From a virus: a stretch of DNA of 64,000 bases. The stretch is from IMG/VR virus record IMGVR_UViG_3300031521_000001; one strand, 5' to 3'. Numbering within the stretch: position 1 is the stretch's first letter; every line of letters begins with the position of its first letter. Both the position numbers and the translations under genes were made by a program. The notes below the pieces were generated by a model, which saw only the letters and a list, made by a program, of their open reading frames with translations, was not told the DNA's origin and ran no database searches. Positions 57,010-64,000 of this stretch are shown one piece after another.

Positions 57010-57567
57010 TTATACTGTTGGTGACACTGTTGTTTGTTGTGTAGTAGTTGTTGGTGCTACTGTTGTTTGTTGAGTTGTGGTTGTTGGTGCTACTGTTGTG
57101 GTTTCTGTTGATACAGTATTTTCAACACCATCATCATAAATCACTAAACTAGGAACAGGTTTATTTGTTTCATAGTAAAATGCCTTGTCTCCCATTTTAA
57201 CAAATGGATGATCAAGATTTTTTACAATTTCTTGCAAAGATGTTAAATTATTTTTACTGACATAAACGTGAATTCCTCCTGATCTATTTTTACCGTCCCA
57301 TCCTGCACTAAAATTTGTAGTTATTAAAGCCAATTTATCTGTAGATGTTGAAATTTTATCCAAATTAGGATTTTGATCTTTTCCACTCATATCAACATTC
57401 ACTTTAAATCCCCCTTTATTTAATGCTGGGTGTATTGCATTAATTATATTAGTAGCAATTTTTTTATTTTCTTCTGGAGATTGATATCCTTCTACATCTG
57501 GTGATGTACTACCTTGGTACAAAGATGATTCTATCACAAAATCACCAAAATCTTTTAATTTTTTCAT
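57010..57567 (-). CDS. tagged protein (MKKLKDFGDFVIE) with Thr-rich repeated tail
   Basis: TTVAPTTTTQQ repeated twice. Confidence 0.7.
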   Translation of the reverse strand: MKKLKDFGDFVIESSLYQGSTSPDVEGYQSPEENKKIATNIINAIHPALNKGGFKVNVDMSGKDQNPNLDKISTSTDKLALITTNFSAGWDGKNRSGGIHVYVSKNNLTSLQEIVKNLDHPFVKMGDKAFYYETNKPVPSLVIYDDGVENTVSTETTTVAPTTTTQQTTVAPTTTTQQTTVSPTV

Positions 57568-57604
57568 ATTTTTTATTTTTTTTATGTTTTTATGTTATTA
57601 TATA

Positions 57605-57910
57605 TTAATAATATACTTTTATTTTTTTTATCCCATTTTCGAAATTTTTATTCCAGACAAATCTTGTTTTGTTATCTTGAAAATCATCAAATTCTGTCCA
57701 TGCAGTTTTAGGCTTACCCTCAGTATAACCGTTCAATGTAGATTTAGTATAACCTCTTGCTTTTATTTCTAATTTTTTATCTTCAGATTTAACTATCTTA
57801 AAATCTGTTATTAGAGTAGTTGGATTATCTTTCATATCACTGATTATGATTTTATAATCTACATTTACATATTTACCTGTTCCTTCTAAAAATTCTTTGA
57901 AATTTTTCAT
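57605..57910 (-). CDS. small protein with MKNFKEFLE tag
   Basis: Closely resembles the T4 internal-protein capsid-targeting sequence. Confidence 0.65.
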   Translation of the reverse strand: MKNFKEFLEGTGKYVNVDYKIIISDMKDNPTTLITDFKIVKSEDKKLEIKARGYTKSTLNGYTEGKPKTAWTEFDDFQDNKTRFVWNKNFENGIKKIKVYY

Positions 57911-57973
57911 ATGCTATATATAAAAAATAAAAACCTTGAATTTACATTCAAGGTTTCTACATAACGAATATTT

Positions 57974-58948
57974 TTAAATTTTAATATTATTAAGTAATAT
58001 TTGTTCAAACCCATCTGGTAAATAATTACTACTCAACCTTGTTAATTTTCTTGAGAAAATTATATTTTCATTAACTCTTTCTTTAAAATCAACTTCTTTG
58101 TTTTTTCTATAAATATAAAGAATATCACAAAGTTTTTCTATGAAATCATCAGTATCAAAATCAATATCATCAGGATATTTTTGTTTGAACATAGCATAAA
58201 CTGTTTTAGAACCAGCATCACCTATTCCTCTTGAATCTTCTTTGAATTTGACAACACTTAATATATTATCTCCACCATCTCCTGCTACTAATTTCTTAAA
58301 GTATGACTCTTCTTTATTTACTTCTGTGATTTTAGCTTTATAAGTTATTTTATCAAAATAATTTATGAAATCCATATCATCATTAAGATCAAAAATATCA
58401 CCTTCTGTTGTATCTTCAAGATTTTTCATAAATATATTATAATTTATTGGTACATACAATCTTTCATCTTGAAATTTGTGATTATACATCATATTTATAT
58501 AATTGTCAGTAGTACTAAATTTTAATAATTGATGAAGGTCACCATCATTAGAAACCATCAAACTTGATATTCCCTTTTTGTTTCCTTCTGTGACAATGTG
58601 AGCCACCAAATCATCACCTTCAAATGGATCTATTTGATATAAAAGACAATTGTGTCTATTTTTTATACTCTCTTTAAATTTATCAAATGTATCAAATACA
58701 AATTCCCAATCAATATCAAGATCTTTCTTTCTTTTACCTTTATACTCAGGATAAACATTTTTTCTCCAACTTCTTTTACTATCAGATAAAAAATATATTT
58801 TATTGAAATGATAAGCATTAGTCAAATTGTTAAAATCATTTAATAACAGTGTTTCTAAATCTCCGTAAAGTGTTTTCAATTTATGTAGGATGAAAACCGC
58901 ACGATAAAGTAGGTAATTTCCATCTATAACGCATGAAATTTTAATCAT
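57974..58948 (-). CDS. rnh: T4-type RNase H / 5'-3' exonuclease
   Basis: IDGNYL, SWRK..YPEYKGKR, EGDD, SNDGDLHQL, GDGGDNI, GIG. Confidence 0.85.
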   Translation of the reverse strand: MIKISCVIDGNYLLYRAVFILHKLKTLYGDLETLLLNDFNNLTNAYHFNKIYFLSDSKRSWRKNVYPEYKGKRKKDLDIDWEFVFDTFDKFKESIKNRHNCLLYQIDPFEGDDLVAHIVTEGNKKGISSLMVSNDGDLHQLLKFSTTDNYINMMYNHKFQDERLYVPINYNIFMKNLEDTTEGDIFDLNDDMDFINYFDKITYKAKITEVNKEESYFKKLVAGDGGDNILSVVKFKEDSRGIGDAGSKTVYAMFKQKYPDDIDFDTDDFIEKLCDILYIYRKNKEVDFKERVNENIIFSRKLTRLSSNYLPDGFEQILLNNIKI

Positions 58949-59078
58949 ATTTTTATTTTATTTTATCTTATATATTCTTTTTATAATGATTTGTTTAAAA
59001 ATAGAAATATATGACATTTTATTATTTATATATAAACTAAACCTGATAATTGACGGTAACTAAAAAACAATTAAGAAT

Positions 59079-60206
59079 ATGATAATTAATAAGAAAACAG
59101 AAGTTAAAATATATAAATGGAACATAGATTATTATAGTACATTTGTATCTGATATTAAGATGAAAGATACTATAGAGATAGAAACAGAAAAATTACAAAG
59201 AGGTAGTAACATAAAAATACAAGTGAAATGCGATAAATGCGGAGATGAAAAAACTGTAAAATTTTATTGTTATATACTAAATGTAGAGAATTGGAATTGT
59301 TTTTCATGTAGCAAATGTAGCAATAAAAATAAGATTGAAAAATCTAAAAAAACGAAAAAGGATAGATATGGAGATGAGAATTATTACAATTTAGAAAAAT
59401 CTAAAAAAACAAATTTAGAAAAATATGGAGTAGAGAATGTTTCTCAGTTGAAAGAAATAAAAGACAAAAAGACAAAAACAAATTTAAAAAATTGGGGAGT
59501 AGAAAATGTTTTTCAATCAGTTGAAATAAAAAAAGTTTCTAATAAAACTAAAAAAGAAAAATATGGTGATGAACATTTTACAAATAGAGAAAAATCCAAA
59601 AAAACTTGTTTAATTAATAATGGAGTGGAGTGGCCAACTCAATCAAATGAAGTTTTAAAAACAAGAAATTTAAACAATAAAACAAAATGGGGAGTTGAAC
59701 ATTATAATCAAACTGAAGAATGCCAAGATAGAATAAAAAATACTTGTTTAGAAAAATATGGTAAAGAATCTTATTTAGCAACAGATATTTGTCAAATAAA
59801 ATCAAGAAAAACTTGCAACGAAAAATATGGTGTTGATTATCCTTCTCAAAATTTAGAAATTCACAAAAAGCAATTTCCAAAAATGAAAACTCATGAAATT
59901 GGTATAAAATATCAGGGTTCTTATGAAAAAGATTTTTTAGAGTTATGCCAAAAACTAAACTTAAATGTTAGTAGAGGGAAAACAATAAATTTCACATTTA
60001 AAAACAAAAATAAAATTTATTTTTCTGATTATTATTTAGAAGATTATAATTTAATAATTGAAATTAAATCAATGTACATATATGAGTTAAATGAAGAGTT
60101 AAATATAGTCAAAAAAACATCAGTATTAGAACAAGGATATAATTTTATGTTCATTATTGATAAAAAATATGATGATTTTTTATTAATAATGAACATAAAA
60201 TTGTGA
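59079..60206 (+). CDS. homing endonuclease-like protein with KYGV repeats and PD-(D/E)XK C-terminus
   Basis: About eight T(C/N)LEKYG-type repeats; YQGSYE..YFSDY..IIEIKS; inserted antisense in an operon. Confidence 0.7.
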   Translation: MIINKKTEVKIYKWNIDYYSTFVSDIKMKDTIEIETEKLQRGSNIKIQVKCDKCGDEKTVKFYCYILNVENWNCFSCSKCSNKNKIEKSKKTKKDRYGDENYYNLEKSKKTNLEKYGVENVSQLKEIKDKKTKTNLKNWGVENVFQSVEIKKVSNKTKKEKYGDEHFTNREKSKKTCLINNGVEWPTQSNEVLKTRNLNNKTKWGVEHYNQTEECQDRIKNTCLEKYGKESYLATDICQIKSRKTCNEKYGVDYPSQNLEIHKKQFPKMKTHEIGIKYQGSYEKDFLELCQKLNLNVSRGKTINFTFKNKNKIYFSDYYLEDYNLIIEIKSMYIYELNEELNIVKKTSVLEQGYNFMFIIDKKYDDFLLIMNIKL

Positions 60207-60218
60207 GACATCTCACTT

Positions 60219-60503
60219 TTAATTGACAATATACTTCATGTGTCCTGCATGTGGATTATTATCAGAGCCAATATAAGTATAATATATTTCAATTGATTCT
60301 AATTCATTTGGAAGTCTTTCAACTTTTCCACTATCTTCATTAATTAGCATATTTTCTTTATATACAAATTTGACAGCAGGTTCTTCTCCTAATACAGTTC
60401 TTAGTCCAAATTTTATATCTTTGGATCCTGCATGAGTTAAATCTATATTATTATAAATATAGTCATTAATTATTTTTTCTTTGAAAATTTTTATATCATC
60501 CAT
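60219..60503 (-). CDS. hypothetical protein
   Basis: 94-aa ORF. Confidence 0.65.
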   Translation of the reverse strand: MDDIKIFKEKIINDYIYNNIDLTHAGSKDIKFGLRTVLGEEPAVKFVYKENMLINEDSGKVERLPNELESIEIYYTYIGSDNNPHAGHMKYIVN

Positions 60504-60996
60504 TTTTTTTAATTATTTTTTCTATATATTCCAATTTATCTTTTCTAAATGAAATATTTATTTTATCTAACTTAGATTTTCTATCTCTTTTAATTATTAT
60601 TGTTGATTCATACTTAAAATCCATATAAAATAGCTGTACACTTGGCATAGACATTGGAGTAACAGAAACTAATCCACCATATTGCTCATCATCTGGTAAT
60701 AAAACATTCGGTTCTTTTCCTTCAAATAATCTAAGTTTATTTATTCTATCTTCCTTTAATTGTTGATGTTTTGATTTCCGCATACCTACACCACCAAGAG
60801 TAGATGCGAACACTCTTCTAACCATAGGAAACATAAGATCACTAAAATCAGATTTAATAGATTCACTAGGTTCACCCAATTCATCTTGAATAGTATTATT
60901 ATAATTATAACCTGATAAACAATCAGTGTTATTATCATTATTTAATCCTTCTATCACAGAACTCCATTTTTCTTTAATTTTTTGTTTATCTACCAT
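60496..60996 (-). CDS. truncated major-capsid-protein (gp23-like) paralog with R-x-x-KL motifs
   Basis: IKEKWSSVIE, PMVRRVFASTLG, GLVSVTPMSMPSVQLFYMDFKY; only 166 aa. Confidence 0.65.
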   Translation of the reverse strand: MVDKQKIKEKWSSVIEGLNNDNNTDCLSGYNYNNTIQDELGEPSESIKSDFSDLMFPMVRRVFASTLGGVGMRKSKHQQLKEDRINKLRLFEGKEPNVLLPDDEQYGGLVSVTPMSMPSVQLFYMDFKYESTIIIKRDRKSKLDKINISFRKDKLEYIEKIIKKNG

Positions 60997-61009
60997 TCAA
61001 ATCATTTTT

Positions 61010-61480
61010 TTAATAACTAATATTTTCAGTGAAAATTTTAATATAACTATCAGATTTTGCACATTTTAAATTTGATACAATTTTAGCACCATTATCCATC
61101 ATAAGTTTAATTTGTTTACCCTGATGTGTATCTAAAATTCTTATTTTAATGATCACATTAAAAGGATTAATTAATTCTTCTCCTTTTATTTTTCTCAATT
61201 TATTTTTTCGTTCCATAATAATATTTATATTAATATTTTCAATAATATGGGATACATTTCTCAAATCAACTGAAAATTCATTATTATCATATACATCCAC
61301 TTCACCATAAACGTAAACACGGTTGTCTAATTTGTTTGTTAAATAAGACAAAGATTTCAATGATTTACAATCCAAGTAATATTTAGATTCTAAGTAATAT
61401 TTAGGTTCTGAATCATATTCATCATAAATTATAATATTCTTAGATGATATTTCATATATTTTATGAGTTAATATACTCAT
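61010..61480 (-). CDS. degenerate prohead-protease (gp21-like) paralog
   Basis: YGEV..VDLRNVSHII..IRILDTHQGK..MMDNG; the ELDHP and SSRG catalytic motifs are absent. Confidence 0.55.
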   Translation of the reverse strand: MSILTHKIYEISSKNIIIYDEYDSEPKYYLESKYYLDCKSLKSLSYLTNKLDNRVYVYGEVDVYDNNEFSVDLRNVSHIIENININIIMERKNKLRKIKGEELINPFNVIIKIRILDTHQGKQIKLMMDNGAKIVSNLKCAKSDSYIKIFTENISY

Positions 61481-62421
61481 TTCTTTAAATTCTCTTTTAT
61501 ATCAGAAACATACGAAATCAAATGAATAATAGGATCAATAGTTTCTGTATATCTCTCGTTATAAGAACGCTGAACATTTATAAGTGTTGCTCCTATCTTT
61601 ATAATATTTGAATTGTCCATTGACATTAATCTATTAAACAGAGGTCGCCCTAGAGCTTTCATCAATTCTAATGGATTATCTTGAAAATTATTTAGCACAA
61701 AATTATAATTATCTTCAATATTATTTCTGCCATCGAACATAAACTCAAAAATAGCGTCATAGCTGGACGAACTTATTGATTTAAATTGATCAGTATTTTT
61801 AGTAATAAATACTTCCTGAAGTTTTTGTGTAGCACTTCTCAAATCAGGAAAACTAATCATAATGATTTTCTTTATTTCATCATCAGTAATAGTCATTTTA
61901 TTTTTTTGAGATATTGCTTTAAGATATTTAAGATACATAGACTGTAAATATTCTTCTTCTTCTTTATTTTTAGGATTAAAATCCACTTTCATGAATCTTG
62001 ATAATATTTTATCATCAATATCTTGAATATAATTAGTTGTAAGTATGAATCTTACATGTTGAAATGTATCTGAAAAACCTTTCATGGCTTTTTTATATTC
62101 AGTAGATACTCCATCAAACTCATCCAAAAATATAGATTTTTGAGCATCTTTAACCATAAATGGATTCAAACTTTTACAATGATTTTGTAATTGTTCTCTT
62201 AGAATATTAACACTTGTATCTTTTGACGCGTTAAATTCAATATTATCTGTTTCTTTACATAATATTCTAGCTAATGTTGTTTTACCTGTTCCTGGTGTAT
62301 CACTATAAAATATCATATTAGCTGTTAAACCATTCTTAATTAAATCTCTAACTCTTGGTAATAATATAATTGTTTTTAAGCTTTTAGGTTGGTACTTATA
62401 CCAAAACATATCATTTTTCAT
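61477..62421 (-). CDS. sliding-clamp loader AAA subunit (T4 gp44 / RFC-like)
   Basis: WYKYQPK, PGTGKTT, NAS, FLDEFD, RFILTTN, ILSRF, FPDLRS. Confidence 0.9.
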   Translation of the reverse strand: MKNDMFWYKYQPKSLKTIILLPRVRDLIKNGLTANMIFYSDTPGTGKTTLARILCKETDNIEFNASKDTSVNILREQLQNHCKSLNPFMVKDAQKSIFLDEFDGVSTEYKKAMKGFSDTFQHVRFILTTNYIQDIDDKILSRFMKVDFNPKNKEEEEYLQSMYLKYLKAISQKNKMTITDDEIKKIIMISFPDLRSATQKLQEVFITKNTDQFKSISSSSYDAIFEFMFDGRNNIEDNYNFVLNNFQDNPLELMKALGRPLFNRLMSMDNSNIIKIGATLINVQRSYNERYTETIDPIIHLISYVSDIKENLKK

Positions 62422-62526
62422 ATATTTATAATTTATAATTTATGAAGATTATAGAATTAAATATACTGAAGGTTTAATTATATCTTGATTATTTTTATAT
62501 ATAATGAAATAAAAATAATATTACAT

Positions 62527-63363
62527 ATGAATATAGATGACACGTACAATTATGATGATAATTTTGTTAGAATGTCTACAATAGCATTAGCAAAAGCATT
62601 AGAAACTAAAATTAGATGGATAAATCGTTATAGTGATGGTAGAAAAATTAGAGTATTGATTCCTTTTTATACATCATTTGCAGGACAAGAAAGATTTATG
62701 CTAGATGCATTTGTAGATGATGTTGTAGGAGATAGAGTAGAGTTAAATACAGATCAAAAACAAAGGGGTACAATAACATTTAAAGGTGGATCTCAAAGAG
62801 ATGATGAATATGCCAATCCTAATCAATTTTTAGCTAAAGAAAGCAAAATTAATGATGAATTTAGAAGTGTAATTAGTAGAGTAAAGGCTATTCCTATTTC
62901 TCTAAATTACGAAATAAGTATCACTCTAGATAATGAATGGGAAATAGATACATGCTACACTAGAATGCTAGATGCATTATACAATTATAGATTTTTTAGT
63001 ATAAGTTATTTTGGTATGAAAATAGATTCATTTTTTAAATTACCATCAGATGGAGGTATTGATATTCCAAGAAACGGTGGAATTGGTATTGACGGTAGTA
63101 CAATTACAATAAAATTTACTTTAGAAGTAGTAACTTTTTATCCATCATTCACTGTCAACACAGAAGATTATGAAATGTGTGATAATGATGATTCTATAGA
63201 TTGGGAATTTCTTGGTGTAGAAAAACCAAATGTAAATAGTAAATCAAAAGAAGAAGTCAAAAGAGCATATTGGTATAATAATTTACTTGACAATAGAACA
63301 AAAGAAGAAATAATCAAAGAAAAGGAAGACAATAGAGACAATGAAATAAATAATATGGAATAA
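62527..63363 (+). CDS. tail completion / sheath-stabilizer-like protein (gp15-like)
   Basis: VLIPFYTS..ERF, IPISLNYEISI, TITIKFTLEVVTFYP; start moved to ATG 62527. Confidence 0.5.
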   Translation: MNIDDTYNYDDNFVRMSTIALAKALETKIRWINRYSDGRKIRVLIPFYTSFAGQERFMLDAFVDDVVGDRVELNTDQKQRGTITFKGGSQRDDEYANPNQFLAKESKINDEFRSVISRVKAIPISLNYEISITLDNEWEIDTCYTRMLDALYNYRFFSISYFGMKIDSFFKLPSDGGIDIPRNGGIGIDGSTITIKFTLEVVTFYPSFTVNTEDYEMCDNDDSIDWEFLGVEKPNVNSKSKEEVKRAYWYNNLLDNRTKEEIIKEKEDNRDNEINNME

Positions 63364-63384
63364 ATAAAAAGCATAACTTATAAG

Positions 63385-63597
63385 TTATGCTTTTTTTGTC
63401 TTTCTCATTTTTATAAAAGGTTTATTGTTAATAGTTATATCACCTTTAGGATTTATTTTTATAGATTTAACTTTAATTTTCTTATTTTTAAATTTACCAC
63501 TCAATATATCATCTCCGACTTTTATTTTCATTTTAGATTTACCATCAAGAGAAATATTCAAGCTTGAATAATCCTCATATGTCTTTATAAATTTCAT
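63385..63597 (-). CDS. small protein with MKFIKTYED tag
   Basis: KVGDDILSGKFKNK SH3-like core. Confidence 0.65.
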   Translation of the reverse strand: MKFIKTYEDYSSLNISLDGKSKMKIKVGDDILSGKFKNKKIKVKSIKINPKGDITINNKPFIKMRKTKKA

Positions 63598-63728
63598 AAG
63601 AAATATTTATTTTTTATTATATATAAAATAATATTAACAAAAAACATTTTTATCAAAAAATGAGTTTTTTTAATTAATATATAATCTCAGAGAACATCAT
63701 AAAACGAGTAAAACATGCAACATAAAAT

Positions 63729-63932
63729 ATAAAAAAGTTCGAAAATTATAATGGTGATAATTGTAATACAAATTTAACAATTTTGCATTGGAAGTCTGGA
63801 ACATATAGACTTTTGATAAAATTGATTTCATTATCTGGTGATGAATACTATGCAGATGGTGTTCAATTAAAGGAATCAGATGCTAAAAAATTAATTAATG
63901 AATTTGGAGCAAAGGTTGAAGAAAGAAATTAA
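63729..63932 (+). pseudogene. tag-family gene lacking an in-frame ATG
   Basis: Frame IKKFENY...KVEERN is open for 67 codons; the nearest ATG (63715) is out of frame. Confidence 0.4.
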
Positions 63933-63946
63933 AAAAAAATAAAAAA

Positions 63947-64000
63947 ATGACAAAATTAAAAAAATTTGAAATTTTCATAAAAGAAGGGTTAAAACCAGAA
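63947..64000 (+). CDS. partial gene with MTKLKKFEIFIKE tag
   Basis: Open to the window end. Confidence 0.55.
   Translation, partial: MTKLKKFEIFIKEGLKPE

Overview
This strongly AT-rich 64 kb window is part of a large T4-like (jumbo) myophage genome read in the standard code. The host is probably a member of Bacteroidota, based on TTTG-N19/20-TAnnTTTG promoters, a Bacteroidota-style lipoprotein and a tmRNA resume context. Core genes include UvsX/RecA, a gp41-like helicase, class II RNR, tail sheath and tube, baseplate hub, clamp loader, RNase H, dUTPase, a Dam-like methylase, an ECF sigma factor, a MoxR/VWA pair and many free-standing endonucleases. It also carries 18 tRNA or tRNA-like genes and a tmRNA. 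The best candidate for an undescribed system is at 35.3-38.5 kb. A 33-codon leader ORF missed by the ORF track has a Thr/Ala/Pro/Val/Gly/Arg core whose codons match the anticodons of the downstream tRNA array. It overlaps a mutually exclusive antiterminator/terminator pair, consistent with a ribosome-mediated attenuator that switches on replacement tRNAs when host tRNAs are depleted. The array itself is unusual: two tRNA-Arg-like RNAs with the D-arm missing and a D-loop-like hairpin in the variable region, three A34 tRNAs, and Gly/Thr tRNAs with long variable arms. A second theme is modular peptide tags on small proteins: an N-terminal MKxIKxFE-like tag with a C-terminal K[FY]N[ILV], and a separate R-x-x-K-L helix, the latter attached to truncated capsid-protein and dead prohead-protease look-alikes. 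All product calls come from motif recognition by eye; no database searches were run.
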